Part shown: one piece after another, positions 32,878 to 45,689 of the stretch
Numbering within the stretch: position 1 is the first letter of the stretch
Layout of the letters: each line of letters begins with the position of its first letter
From: a virus
Strand: one strand, 5' to 3'
Virus record (IMG/VR): IMGVR_UViG_3300024999_000038
Location: 32,001 to 96,000 of that record
DNA length: 64,000 nt
Translations under genes and position numbers: made by a program
Notes under the pieces: model-generated
What the model was told of the DNA's origin: nothing
What the model saw: the letters and a program-made list of their open reading frames with translations, nothing else
Database searches by the model: none

Positions 32878-33144
32878 ATGAACTTCATAACGCAGAAGGA
32901 TCTAGAAAATCTAATCACAAAATTCAACAGCACAGATTCTTCGGTCATCAAGAAAAACTTAATCAGAATTATTGATAACTCTCAATACAACCGAAGTAAT
33001 CAGATGTTGGCTGATAAAGTAGGAGTAAGCGTTCAGACAATTTATCTATATCGACAGGTTCAGAAGAAAAGCAATATTAGTTTTGAAGTCATTCTTAAAT
33101 TAGCAAATGCTTTAAGTGTTAAGGTAGAAGATTTTATGGAGTAG
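32878..33144 (+). CDS. XRE-family helix-turn-helix regulator
   Basis: SNQMLADKVGVSVQTIYLY...ISFEVILKLANALSVKVEDF; own promoter at ~32797. Confidence 0.8.
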   Translation: MNFITQKDLENLITKFNSTDSSVIKKNLIRIIDNSQYNRSNQMLADKVGVSVQTIYLYRQVQKKSNISFEVILKLANALSVKVEDFME

Positions 33145-33160
33145 AAAGGATAGTTGAGTC

Positions 33161-33433
33161 ATGACTGATGATAAACTTCTAAATGAAAAAATGGCTCAAA
33201 TAAGAGAGCAAGTAATTCAACACAAATTGCAAAAGTTTGAACGAAGAATTAAACCTGTTTTCATATCTTGGATGATTAGTATTATTACTTTAATCTTAAT
33301 ATTGGCTTTTACTAATGTTGCCAATCAATATGTTTCGTATCTAATTTTTATTCTAATGATGTATGTTGGAGCAATTCCTAGTGGTTTGATTTTATATATG
33401 ATATTCAGAGGTTTAAAAAAATTGGCTCGTTAA
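33161..33433 (+). CDS. Two-helix membrane protein
   Basis: Two hydrophobic segments. Confidence 0.7.
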   Translation: MTDDKLLNEKMAQIREQVIQHKLQKFERRIKPVFISWMISIITLILILAFTNVANQYVSYLIFILMMYVGAIPSGLILYMIFRGLKKLAR

Positions 33434-35813
33434 TTATTGAGTTCAAAGATGAGGAGGAAAATATCATGAAATGTCAAGATTGTGGAAGAGAATGTTTTGA
33501 TGATAAATATCCAGAAATAGTATTCAAAGATAAATACCATTGTATCTGTGAAAATTGCAGTATCAACTATTATGAAGATTCAAAAGGTAAAATCAAATTG
33601 AGAGAAAGATTTTAAAGGAGTGGTAAAAATGATCAATACAAATGATTGGATTCATACTGGAGAAACTGAAACGGGGCTACAAATTTTTATCAAAATTGAT
33701 GATTTACATGGAGAAAGATATTTGAAAGTTCAGTATAAAGATCCTAGTGGAAATAAAGTTGGAGAGATGCAATTATACACTGTTAAACAAGTAAGATTGT
33801 TAAACAGTTTAATTGATTCTTGGGATACAGGAATAGAAGGAGGAAATATTATGTTAAATTGGACAAAGATTAATGAAAAAGGTGTTTCAATTAAATGTTC
33901 AAATGAAAATGAGAGAACTATGTTTTTACAAGAATGTGAAAAGGCAAATATCAATTGGAAAAGCGGATTAAAACCAATGGAAGTATCTAAATGTTATAGA
34001 AATATTTCTACAAATTGTGGTGCATATTTGACAGAAGGTTCAGACATAACATTTGACAACATTTATGTTAATTTTTCAGAAGTTTTAATACAGGATAATT
34101 TAGTTTAAGGAGGCAAACACAATGAAAAAGTTAATATGGAAAGACATGAGCAACGAGTCAACATCAATACTTGAATGGTTAGAAAGTCCTGTGACTGATA
34201 AGAAATTAACTCTTACTGTCAAGAAAAATCAAATGTGGTCTAGAGAATGGGGAAATATCAATATCATGGCGACTGAGGATATATTAGATGAAATAAGGCA
34301 ATATGTTAATCAAGAGGATGATATTATTATGGTTGAGGATAATGGAGATAAGTTAATTTTTAGATTGAAATAAGGAGGAAATTATTATGACAATGGATAA
34401 AATGTTCTCTATGTTTTCTAATGAAAAATTAAAGGAAGCTTTTGAAGAGTTTCAAGAACATGAAGCAACACAAGTTCTTAAAGATGGAATTCTAAGAGAT
34501 ATGGTTAATTTAATTGAAGAGCAAAGTCCAAACCAAAATACTATGGTGTTAATGATTAGTGTAGAACATGGATTGCTAAGAGAAATGGCAACAAGATATT
34601 ATAATCTTGCCGAGTCAAAGGAAAATATAGTCATTACTAAGTTACCAGATAAATTCAAATTTAAAAGTACAACTAAAGGAATGCAAGAAGTAATATATAC
34701 AGCAATTAAAGCCGGAAACAGCTATGTCATTACTTGGAATTTCTTAGGAGAAAATCAAGATATGGTCATGAGCGTAGGAACTATGAATTATCATTTTAAT
34801 CAAAATGAATATGAATTTGTTTATGCTTAAAACAAATGAAAGGAAGGATTTAATTGATGTTTAATAAAGTTTTTTATGCCACCATAGATAAGGTTCTAAT
34901 CGAAGAATTTATATTAGAGGTTGGAATGCCACTACCCGTAACTGGTGAATATGTATGCCTCAATGAAAAACATTATCAAGTGACACATCGAGATTTTGAT
35001 TACAGCAAAAAGTTAATTGTTATTATTATTGAATTAACATAAATATACTATTTTATATCCAATAAGAAAGGAGTTTATTGAATGCAATCAATAATGAGAA
35101 CAACTAAAGAAGATACAGAAGTTTTAGATAGAGCAAGAAAAAGAATAAAAATGGGAGATGTCGTTTTATATCAAGATAAAAAACTAAAGAAAATTAAAAA
35201 TGGTTGGGAAGAAGTAGACAATAAAGCATATGCAAAATTAGTTATTATACAGGTTTAAAACAAAATCAATACAAGTAATTGAAATGAGGGGGAAGGATAG
35301 CATGAAAGGGATATATACCGATAAGGATTTATGTCCAGTATGTAAAAGAAGACATATCACATATGATAGAATGGAAGTTACCAATGACAATATCGGAGTT
35401 TGCGGAAAAGAATGTAAAGAAAAACATGATGGAGAAATTGAGTTAAATTGTAAAACTAAATAAACTCCCGAATTCATGCTATCGTAAAATGGAAGGATGA
35501 TTATTAATATGAACTCAGAATTTGAATCAATTGAATCTAGAAAGAAAATCGAATTATCTTTGAATGAACTTAAAAATCTAAACAATGAACATATTTTAAT
35601 TAAATCATTACCAAAATGGTTGAGTGTGAACAAAAAGTGTGAATCTATTGAAGAATATCGGAAGATTAGTTCTGGTACTAAAATATCACCTAAGAAATTA
35701 GATTTGCCTTGGAAATGGAACGAAAACAATTATGGTGAGTATTGGATTGCTTATCTCTGTAAATAAGGTGATAAGAATTCTTAGTATTATAAAATGAAAG
35801 GATGATTATATTA

Positions 35814-36091
35814 ATGGAAAAAATTGATAAAGGATTATTATATGATATTACTGAAAAAATCATTAAACATAACGAGACTGAAGTTGATAACAAATTTAAT
35901 CAACTCTGCGTATGGCAAGGTACTATATTGAAGTAGTCGTAAAATGGGATGAAGAAAATCAAGAATTTGGAGTAGAAACTATTGGTAAATCTGGATTTTG
36001 GTTTACGTTAAAAGAATTCTATAATGCTTGGGATACTAGTATATATAGAACTGGAAATATACTCGAAAGACCAAAGGAAAGATTAATTTAA
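35814..36091 (+). pseudogene. Frameshifted remnant with YopX-like C-terminus
   Basis: MEKIDKG... stops at ~35937; a second frame carries VVVKWDEE...TGNILERP*. Confidence 0.5.
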
Positions 36092-36146
36092 AAAATATTA
36101 TAAACTGATTCGACAAAGGGCGAACAGTTAAAAGGAGATTATTAAA

Positions 36147-36647
36147 ATGGGTGTAAGTACATGTGGAGCTTTAAAAAGAGAAGTAACTGCTAAAGAAGTT
36201 TTTGATTTTGTTGTAACCAATTTTGATCAAAAGGCCAAGTTAGAACAAAATTCAACCGACTCTCATTATATTAATTTAAATTATCTAGGCGAAACTAGAT
36301 CCCTTCATATTTACTACGGTAATGATTATAGAGAAGAAACAGATGGATATAGCGCAAATAACGAAATTACTGAGATTAGCGTTAATAAATGGGGTCACGC
36401 AGAACAAATTGTTGAACCAATTGTAAAACATTTTGGAGGTTGGTATATTGCTGATGATTGTATTAGTCATCGAGAAGAACATGTTATCTTTTATGAATTC
36501 AATGTAAGTCCTGATGTTATTACAACTACACCAATTGAAAGATATGTTTTTGATAAATTAGCAGAGGAAAAAGATTGGAAATTAAAAATTAAACTAGCAC
36601 AATTTATTAAAGACAATTTAGATGAGATTAAAACCTTCCAAAGATAG
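36147..36647 (+). CDS. Hypothetical protein
   Basis: AAGGAG RBS. Confidence 0.85.
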   Translation: MGVSTCGALKREVTAKEVFDFVVTNFDQKAKLEQNSTDSHYINLNYLGETRSLHIYYGNDYREETDGYSANNEITEISVNKWGHAEQIVEPIVKHFGGWYIADDCISHREEHVIFYEFNVSPDVITTTPIERYVFDKLAEEKDWKLKIKLAQFIKDNLDEIKTFQR

Positions 36648-38394
36648 ATTTGATGCTATATAAAAATTAAAGGAGTGATACTAATGGTAAAAAGATGTCC
36701 ATTTATATGTAATTCCGAAACTAAATCTAATAGTGGAACTACTGGTAATTTGACTTGTGGTTATTCTGTCACAATTTCTTTTGGAGAGTGTCATGAAGAA
36801 CAATGTCAAGCGTGGGATGTAGAAACTAAAAAATGTTTAAGAATGAATTTTCCTTTTCCTGTAGAAAAATCAACCACTAATCCTATTAATCAAATAGAAG
36901 ATGCCGTTGATTTAACTAAATCATTAACTAAATCTCCTTGTGGAGCAGATACATGTTCTGAATGTCCTGATTACGGTTATGCTAATGAATATCCTTGTCT
37001 AGATTGGAGTGATGCGGAAATTCAACATAGGAAAATGTATCAAAAAAAGAAAGAAGGAAATTAAAATGAGCGAATACTCTCAATTTGCACTAAGTAAATT
37101 ACAAGCACTATCAGAACAAATTATTAAAGATTTAAATTGCTATAGAGTGTCAACATATTGTTATGATAATTCTTTTTGTATCAGTATCAAAAAAGTTTTT
37201 GATTTTTCCAATTTAGAAAGTTTACAAAAAATTAGTAAATCAATAATCGAATATTTCAATATTGAAAATCCAGAAGTTTCGATAAATTCTAAAAGAGAAA
37301 TGTTAATTGTTAAATCTGATAAAATTGAGATAGAAGTAGAAGTTTATAGTTGATGGGATTTTTAGAAAGGTACAATTTTTAAATTAAAAAGGAAGTGATA
37401 ATTTGAGTATCAATATTGCTTGCAAAGGTTGCAAATTTTCTTCTCAATACAAAGGAATTAACAATAGATGGTGTTCATTAAGGAATGGAACTGTCACTAA
37501 TATTCGTAATTGTAAGGATAGGAAAGGATGATAAATTATGAAATTATGGGAGATTGTTAAATTAGTATCCGAAGAACAAATGCTTTGTCAAGGATATAAA
37601 TGGAAAGGTATAAACACACCAATAAACCTGATAATTGAGTTTGATAATGGTTGCTTAGTATATAATACTCTTATGAGTGACACTATTTCTAGAGATCCTG
37701 TATCACTATGCAGCGAAATGTATACTGACTTTGAAAGAATTTAAAAAGGTATTTTTGGGATAATTAAGGAAAGAAGGAATTTAAGATGGTGGAAGCAACA
37801 GGAGTATGTTCAAGATGTAAATATATGTGGTTTGATGTATCTACCCAACCTTGTAGGAATTGCAAAGAGTGTTCTAAGTATGGTGGAACTGAAAACAATT
37901 TTGAAGAGAAAGAAAGTGGTGAATAAAATGAGCTTAGTAACAATGACGGTTAAACAAATAATGGATTTGGGTTTATGGGAAAAGGTTTGTGATTATAAAG
38001 GTTGGAATTTATGGATTGTAAATGAAGGGAAAATTGATTCTTCTGAAGAAGTTGAATTTGACACAGAATTTAAAAAGGAAAATAGTAAGTATCTCGAAGC
38101 ATTGCCAATTTCAATTAAAGATATGGATTTATTTTCATATAATATCAGTTGTACTCCTAGTTATCAAGGTATGTATTTTGGAATCATATTTGCTAAAGAT
38201 AAACAAGATGCATTAGAGAAAATTAATGTACAATATTCTTGGGAAGATGATCTTAAAATAACGTTAGATGATATTACACTTTTAGACTACAATCAATTTG
38301 AAAATGATTGTTATGAAATAGGAAGTCATAGAGAATAGACTACCGGAAAGAAGTAAATTTTAAATACTTTAAATTATTGAAAGAAGGAATTATT

Positions 38395-38664
38395 ATGAAT
38401 GAGAAAATTGCAGTACAAATAATGAAAAAGATAATTGTTCTTAATTATCCAGATAATTCAACTGTTTTTAGAGAAGCATTAGATTTAGCAATAAAAGCTT
38501 TAGAGAAGCAAATACCTAAGAAGCCAATAATGGGAAAATGGAATCCTGCTCGATGCCCTTCGTGTGATGAAGCGCTGAGTGAAAGTGCAGGAGATGGTTA
38601 TTATAGACACAATTCCTTCTTAGATATATGCGATTGCGGACAAAAATTGAATTGGAATAATTAG
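38395..38664 (+). CDS. Zinc-ribbon phage protein (ALEKQIPKKP...CP.C...CGQKL.W type)
   Basis: Motifs as stated; RBS AGAAGGA. Confidence 0.75.
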   Translation: MNEKIAVQIMKKIIVLNYPDNSTVFREALDLAIKALEKQIPKKPIMGKWNPARCPSCDEALSESAGDGYYRHNSFLDICDCGQKLNWNN

Positions 38665-38958
38665 AGACTCTTACTACAGTAGGGTTACAGGATTCTCTAA
38701 ATCCCAAGAAAGACTCATTTCAAAGTTAGGAGGTTTATCAATGAAATTTTATGAATTTGAACAAAAGAAACCAAAAAACAATAGGGATCTATTAATTCAA
38801 TTTAAAGAATATGGTTGGGGAATTGGAAATACTCTTAGTACAGGTTGTGCTAAATTTGTAGAGGATAAATGCATTATGTTTCCTACTATTTTAGAGATAG
38901 AAATGTCTTTAGATAGAATTGTAAGATGGAGTTATATTTAGAAAGCGAGGGAATATAA

Positions 38959-39300
38959 ATGTCTAAATGTCTAAGATGTGGTTATTGTTGTAAAGGTTAC
39001 TTATGTTTTGTACCTAAATATGAAACCAGTAACTTATCTCCTGAATTTCTAGAATCTATAAATGAAGATCGTCTAAATGATTATATAAATGAAAATATCC
39101 AAGAGCAAGGAGATATTTGTAAGTGGTTAACTGTTGATGAGCAAGGACTACATAGTTGTTCTGCTTATGAAAGAAGGTCTAGTATGTGTAGAGATCATAA
39201 TTCTTTGATTGGAATATGTCGAGTTGGTCAGGCATATTGGAATAAGAAAGACGATATTCCTGAAGAAATTAAAATTATGTTAAATGAGAGGAAGATGTAA
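38959..39300 (+). CDS. YkgJ-like CxxCxxCC zinc/iron-chelating protein
   Basis: CLRCGYCC...CKWL.....CSAYERRSSMCR. Confidence 0.7.
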   Translation: MSKCLRCGYCCKGYLCFVPKYETSNLSPEFLESINEDRLNDYINENIQEQGDICKWLTVDEQGLHSCSAYERRSSMCRDHNSLIGICRVGQAYWNKKDDIPEEIKIMLNERKM

Positions 39301-39606
39301 AATGGAAGAAAGAGATTATTCATTAACATTTGGGTTCATTGGAGAAATTGAGGATATGTATAATGAACTAAGATACCTTAGAAAAGAAGTAGTAAGATTA
39401 CAGGGGATTGAAAAACAATTTAATGACTCAGTGCAAGAATCAATTAAAAACAGCCATGAAATGATGGGTAATTGGTTAAATGTTTTAACAAGTGGTAAAA
39501 TATCAATTAATCCATAATCATCAAAAGTGAAACCCTTATGGGAGTAGGGTTACAGGGTTTGATACTTAGGATAAAATACTTATTTGAAAGGAGGATAAAA
39601 AACAAA

Positions 39607-39780
39607 TTGGATGAAAAAGAAATACCAAAAGCATTAAAATTATATCATGGGACATATAAAAGAGATCGTGGTAGAGTTCATTGTCCTAATTGCGAAGAGT
39701 TATTACCAGTAGGAAACGGAAAAATTTCGAATTGTCCGTTTTGTGACCAAAAATTAGATTGGGATTTACCAATGAAGTAA
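39607..39780 (+). CDS. Zinc-ribbon protein related to 38395-38664
   Basis: TTG start after AAAGGAGG; EKEIPK...CPNC...CPFCDQKLDW. Confidence 0.65.
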   Translation: MDEKEIPKALKLYHGTYKRDRGRVHCPNCEELLPVGNGKISNCPFCDQKLDWDLPMK

Positions 39781-41549
39781 ATTATATAGATGAAGGATGA
39801 GATTTAATTATGTTTATTGTTTATGAGATTACAGCAACAGCACATTTTGCTTTTTTCAATGAACAAAAAGTAAGGCACAGAGAATTAATTACTGATAAAA
39901 ATATTATCACAGATAAATTCTTAAAGGATTGGGAACAAAGAGTTATTCGAGCAACAAAGGAAAATATGAGAGAAGTTTTAAAACTGACTGATTTTAAAAT
40001 TGAAGAACTTGTTGTGTTGGAATCTTTAGATGAATTAAGAAAGTAAGAGGAGGAGATAAAATGAAAGAATTTATTATTAATCATTTTAAAATAATTTATG
40101 GTGGTGGATTAATCATATTATTTGTTTTGATTTTGCTTCAATCATTTATGGGAAAATTTTATCCAAGAAGTTAATTTAGACGAGGAGGAATAAAATTGAA
40201 ACAAAAATCAGAAGTAGAAAAATTCCTAAACAAAACAAAGAAAAAGTTTGATCATTTTTACGGTGAAGATGTGGTAAAAATCATAGACAATAATTTTGAA
40301 ATGCATATGATTATAAGAACTAAGCATAGTTTAAATATTCCATCTAGAGAAGACAATGAACACACTTATTATTTTCTTAGAGAAATTCTAGATAAATCGG
40401 ATCAAATATTTATCAATGTTAATCATGAAGGGTTATTGGAGACTTGGTTTGTGTTTAATGGTTTAGATTTTAATTTATAGAAGGAGAGATTAATTATGAA
40501 TATTAATTATAAATTTGAAGGCAATAAAATAACTAAAACTATTGAATCTAAACTTACTGAAAAAGAAATCGATTTATTAAAAAGAATAAATCATGAATGT
40601 AAAGTTAATATTACCAGTTGTCCTAGATTCGATGAAGAAAGAGAACTAAATATATCTGTTTATCATTTAAGAAAATGCAATTTAGTAAAAGATCAATTTG
40701 GAATAGATGAATATACAATTACAGATATTGGCTGTGATTTTCTTAAAAGTTATGATAATTTCCATAATTCCAAAAACTAAGAATCAAGCTACAAACCACT
40801 TTCAGGGTTCACAATATCCCATAAAAATTGCATTTTAAACCATCAAAACATTAAGGAGGTAAACTTTTGAAGAATTTTTATTTAACAGATTCAATGAATA
40901 AATCAGAAAAAATAAATGCAACGAAGGAATTTTTAAATGATTATATAGATGAAGTAGAAAATTCTGACAGTGATTATGTAAAATTAAATTGTGGAGAAGC
41001 AGTTGAAATGTATAAATTACTTTTAGAACTTATTAATTTAGCATAAAGAAGGAGAGATTTAATTATGAAAGCAATTGTAAAAGGTAATCAAATCCAATGC
41101 CCAATATGCCAAAACAATGAATTTAATATAGAAGAAGATATTGAAATTAGAGGAACAATAAGAAAGAATTTTGAAGATCATTTGTATAATATCTGCAAAG
41201 ATGAATTGGAATGTAGGAATTGTTGATGGACAGGATATTTTCAAAATAATGTAGATCCTGAAAAAGATTATAAAGCAAATAAAATTACTTATGAAAGATA
41301 ATTATATTCAATTAAAAATTAAAGTAATCCGCAATTGTAAATCCTGCTTATACCACTATATGAAAGACCTAGAGGATGATCAATGTTATGAGAAAGGTGG
41401 TTGTGCTCAATTCTCTCCCATAGGACTTAGACCGAAAGATGTTGAAGTTGTTGTAGAAATTATGTCAGATAAATCCAAACATTCTCTTGAAATACATTAT
41501 GATTAGTGATATGATAAATCAAGAAATAATTATATTGGAGGCATATAAA

Positions 41550-41762
41550 ATGACATCACCAGCAAGAGAAAAACATATCGCTTCAATCAACGCTACCTTA
41601 GTCAAACATGGAGACATACTTGACTGATGGGGAATGTACCATATTGGAAACTATAAATTTGATACACGCCAAGTAAATCTTAAAATATATTTTGGTAAAA
41701 TTAAAATAAAGTCAATAGTTATGACTAAATTAGATTTAGAATCGTCGAGAAAATGTTGGTAA
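41550..41762 (+). pseudogene. Small gene interrupted by in-frame TGA (41625-41627)
   Basis: GGAGG RBS, MTSPAREKH...DILD*WGMYHIGNYKFD... frame stays open after the stop. Confidence 0.6.
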
Positions 41763-42267
41763 TTTATACAAAGAATGAATGTGGAAACTAATGGCTTTGA
41801 AACAATGGATTGATGCTATCCGAGAATATTTTAAACGACCACCTACATATGATCAACAATGGAAAAATAATTATTTTACAAAGGAGGTTATTTAAATGAA
41901 TGAAGCAGATAAAAACCTTGAGGATTTTAAAGAAGCTCAAAAACAATTAATTGAGTTGCTAAAAGAAGAAACTTTAGAAAGCATTCAACAAAAGATAAAT
42001 GATTCTAAAGGAGAAGTAAAAGAACTTTGGAAATGGGTATTGAATGCAAAAATATATTATGATAATTTATGTAAACAATGTAAAAGGTAAAAATAATTAA
42101 ATATAGAGGAGTTGAAACAAATGAAAAAGATACTCATAATTGCCGTTCTAATCATTCTAACAGTAGCAACTTATATTAACCTAAAATCTACCAATTCAAA
42201 TGCTTACAAGTCCAATCCAGGGCATACAGTGAAGATTTAAACCACAAAAAGGAGATGAGTCTGCCTT

Positions 42268-42846
42268 ATGGAATTCGTCCAACCAATACGCGACAAAACA
42301 AAAATTGAACAAATGAAACAATATCTAAAATCACATTCACTTAGAGATTATACCCTTTTCACATTAGGAATTAATTCCGGCCTAAGAATATCTGATTTGC
42401 TAAAAATGAAAGTATCTGATGTTGTAAGCGAGGATGGTAAAATTAAGGATCGGATTTCTATTCGAGAGAAAAAGACTGGCAAGGCGAAGACGTTTCCTTT
42501 TAGTCAAAATGTAGTCGAAGCATTAAAAGAATATCTTATCACAATTCCAAGTAATCAAATAATGCTATTTGCTTCTAGAAAAATTGAAGGCTCCGAAGGT
42601 AAAGGTTCCATAAGCAGACAAAGAGCATACACCATATTAAATGAAGCAGCTAAAGCTTGCGACATAAAAGGACAAATTGCGACACATTCACTTAGAAAAA
42701 CTTTCGGATTTATGGCTTATGAAGCTGGAGTGGACATAACTCGTATCCAGTCCATTCTCAACCATTCTTCGCCTAAAGAAACGCTCAGATATATTGGTAT
42801 AACTCAAGATGAACTGGATGACGTTTATTTAGAATTAAACCTTTGA
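42268..42846 (+). CDS. Small tyrosine recombinase (catalytic domain only)
   Basis: SGLRISDLL (R), EKKTGK (K), HSLRKTFG (HxxR), LNHSS...TLRYIG (H,Y); 192 aa. Confidence 0.95.
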   Translation: MEFVQPIRDKTKIEQMKQYLKSHSLRDYTLFTLGINSGLRISDLLKMKVSDVVSEDGKIKDRISIREKKTGKAKTFPFSQNVVEALKEYLITIPSNQIMLFASRKIEGSEGKGSISRQRAYTILNEAAKACDIKGQIATHSLRKTFGFMAYEAGVDITRIQSILNHSSPKETLRYIGITQDELDDVYLELNL

Positions 42847-42869
42847 TTAAGAGAAGGAGGTGAGAAATA

Positions 42870-43016
42870 CTGAAATATAATTTCAAAAGCGATGGATACC
42901 CATTAAAATGTAAATGTGGTGAATGGTCTAAATGGTGCTTAGTTCTTGATTCAGGCAAAGAAATCTATGTTTGCGAACGATGTTTTAAAAAAGATTGGGA
43001 CAGAAGATTAAAGTAA
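42870..43016 (+). CDS. Small zinc-finger-like protein, CTG start
   Basis: AAGGAGGTG RBS then CTG AAA TAT...; CKC...CERC. Confidence 0.5.
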   Translation: MKYNFKSDGYPLKCKCGEWSKWCLVLDSGKEIYVCERCFKKDWDRRLK

Positions 43017-43441
43017 GATTTATTATACAATTTTAATTAGAATCTAATTAGATACAAAAATAATTATAGAGAGGAGCAATTACATAATGTATCAATTATA
43101 TTTCCTACCAAAGCGAGTCATCCAAGAATATCAAACTAAAATTCATGGTGGTAAAAACTTAACTTCTCCAATAATATCTCGTAGAGTAAGTGCAATGATT
43201 TACGCTACAAAATATTGTAGAGTTGATTTAGGCAATGGCAAATATCAACATCGTTTTGGTCACTGTAAGATAACTGTTGAAGAAAATGCTAAAGTTGTAT
43301 CTAAGATTGAATATACTATTGTCGGCAATGTTAGTGGAAGTGATGGCAAGTTTTATGATCAATTATGTAAGATTTGCTATAGACTTAATGATAAGCATAC
43401 AGATTTTGCTTCAAGTAGTAAAAATAAAAATTATAGACAGG

Positions 43442-43651
43442 ATGATAAAATTGGAAACAAAAGAATGTCCCAAATGTAACAGCATCAATGTTGGTTTATA
43501 CCAAAATATATGTGAAACTACTTCAAATGGATTTGGATTAAGAATACAATGTAATGTTTGTAAATTTGTTCCACCTAAGTCAAAATGGCAATGGAATTCA
43601 GCTAAAAAAGCAATTGAAATTTGGAATAAATATAAAAGAAAAATAGATTAA
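43442..43651 (+). CDS. Lar-family restriction alleviation-like zinc ribbon
   Basis: KECPKC...IQCNVC...SAKKAIEIWN. Confidence 0.6.
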   Translation: MIKLETKECPKCNSINVGLYQNICETTSNGFGLRIQCNVCKFVPPKSKWQWNSAKKAIEIWNKYKRKID

Positions 43652-45209
43652 AATGTTGATTTCGAAGTATTAAAAGAAGGGGAGTTATTTATTATGAAAG
43701 TAGATGGAGAACCATGCCCATATTGCGGTAAACACACATTTAGTTCTACTCATCTAAACGAGAGTGGAATGTCATATGTTGAATGTTATAAAGAGGATGG
43801 AGGTTGTGGTAGACCATATGTTGTATATGTTCCTGCTCCGACTGTTCAGGCAAGAAAATTAACCGAAGAAGAAATTAACCACATTCAATATATTTATCCT
43901 TGGCACAAAGAATTAAATATGAGTAAATGAAACTTAGCATTTCTGGGAATTAAGAAAGGATGATAAAATGAGTATTAAAAATGAACTATCAAATAAAAAA
44001 GAAAAAGCATTAATATACACTTGGAAGATTAATGATGTCGAACCAAATGAAAAGATAAAAATAAAAGAAATATTTGAGGCAACACCTATTAATGGCTTAG
44101 ATTTATTTAAATGGTGTGCTTTTTGCGGAGCCATGATTGAAAATGCAGAGGAAATAAATTTAGAAGATTATTATTTTCTTGAATTTGTAGGTTGTGGATC
44201 GTACAAAGCAACAAAAGCAGAGAAAAATGAATTGGTAAAAATTATTTCCTCTGTAGCAATGAGCAAAATTTGTGCAGGAGAAAATGTATATCGTAAAGTG
44301 GCAGGACATTATAAATTAGTTGAAGGAGGACATGACATATCAAATATAGCAGATTGGTTTTGTTATGGAGAATGGTATGCTGAAAGTAATTAAACTATAT
44401 AGAAAGGAGTAAGTGGTAATTATGATTAAATGTGAAACATTTGTATTCTTTAAGAATAATGTAAGATCAATTATTGCAATACACATTAAATGTAATTTAT
44501 TCACAAGAACATTTTACCTTGATAAAGAAATTGAATGGGTATCAGGGCCAGTTTATGATTGTATATTAAATAAACAAAAGATTGAGGTAAAATTAGTTAA
44601 TGATGATCCTAAATATGAGTTTCTAGTTGATGTTGTAGAATGGGAAGAACTTAAAACTTATAATGATCAGATTAATGAGTTATTAAAATAGAGAGGATGA
44701 GTAATAAATGAAATTAAATCTAACAATCGTAGGACAATCAATGCAAGAAATAAGAAATGCAATGGATGAATTCATGAAAGAATTTAATGACAATAGATTA
44801 GACAGTAATTGTAATTGGCCTCTTAATGATGGTAAACAAACTGAAATTGATTATGAGTTTACTAATGGAACTGATGTTTTCAATAAAAGCATGGAAGGAG
44901 AAGAGATTGTATATCCATATCAAGGCGAACAATGGTGGGAAGAAATAAGGAAAGAAGTTGTATTGGGAAGGAGTTAAAGTTATGTTAAAATTTGAGGAAA
45001 TGTTTATTAAAGGAAGATCAACAAATATTGAAAATCCTGCTTACAATAATTATTCTCAGTTATGGGAATGGTACAAACTTCACACTGAAAATAAAAAATT
45101 TCTAGAGAAAACTAAAAATAGAAAACCTATAGTAGATTTTAAAATTAGAGATTAATTCCATTCAAACTGCGATTTTAAATGATAATAATTTTAGAAAGAA
45201 GGAATCAAA

Positions 45210-45689
45210 ATGACACTATCAAAAGAAAATTATGATAAATTAAATACTAATTATCTATATAAGAAAGAACCTGTGACTATAGATCATAGTCTTTACATTG
45301 GACGCACACCTATTACATATCATTGTAAGAATTGGACTTTTAAAGTTTATAAATACGATGATGGTAAGGCATATATGAGAGACACCGATTTTAATGATGC
45401 AGGAATTCAAGTCACAGATGAAAATATTGATGAATTTAAATTTGTTTTTGATTTTCGTGAAGTAAAGCAAATTCATGATTCTCATTCAAATGAATACAAT
45501 GAAGAAGATTTATATTATGTAGCTACAAATAGTGGAGGATATTCTTGCGGAGGGTGTTATTGGGTTAATAAAAACACTAAAGAATCTAAAGAATTATTAA
45601 TTGGTAAAAAGAAAAGAGAAATTGGTTCATTAAAAAATAAATTAGAATGGGCAGAAAATGATTTAGTAAGATTATTAGGAGGAATGTAA
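45210..45689 (+). CDS. Hypothetical protein
   Basis: AGAAGGA RBS. Confidence 0.8.
   Translation: MTLSKENYDKLNTNYLYKKEPVTIDHSLYIGRTPITYHCKNWTFKVYKYDDGKAYMRDTDFNDAGIQVTDENIDEFKFVFDFREVKQIHDSHSNEYNEEDLYYVATNSGGYSCGGCYWVNKNTKESKELLIGKKKREIGSLKNKLEWAENDLVRLLGGM

Noticed and set aside
41625-41627. Stop-codon reassignment or selenocysteine
   Set aside because: TGA, TAG and TAA all terminate many normal genes in the window; an isolated nonsense change is simpler.
42268-42846. Prophage integrase marking an att boundary, or a true IntI integron integrase
   Set aside because: It is only 192 aa with no N-terminal binding domain, phage-like genes continue on both sides, and I saw no IntI-specific insertion or attC (RYYYAAC...GTTRRRY) pattern.
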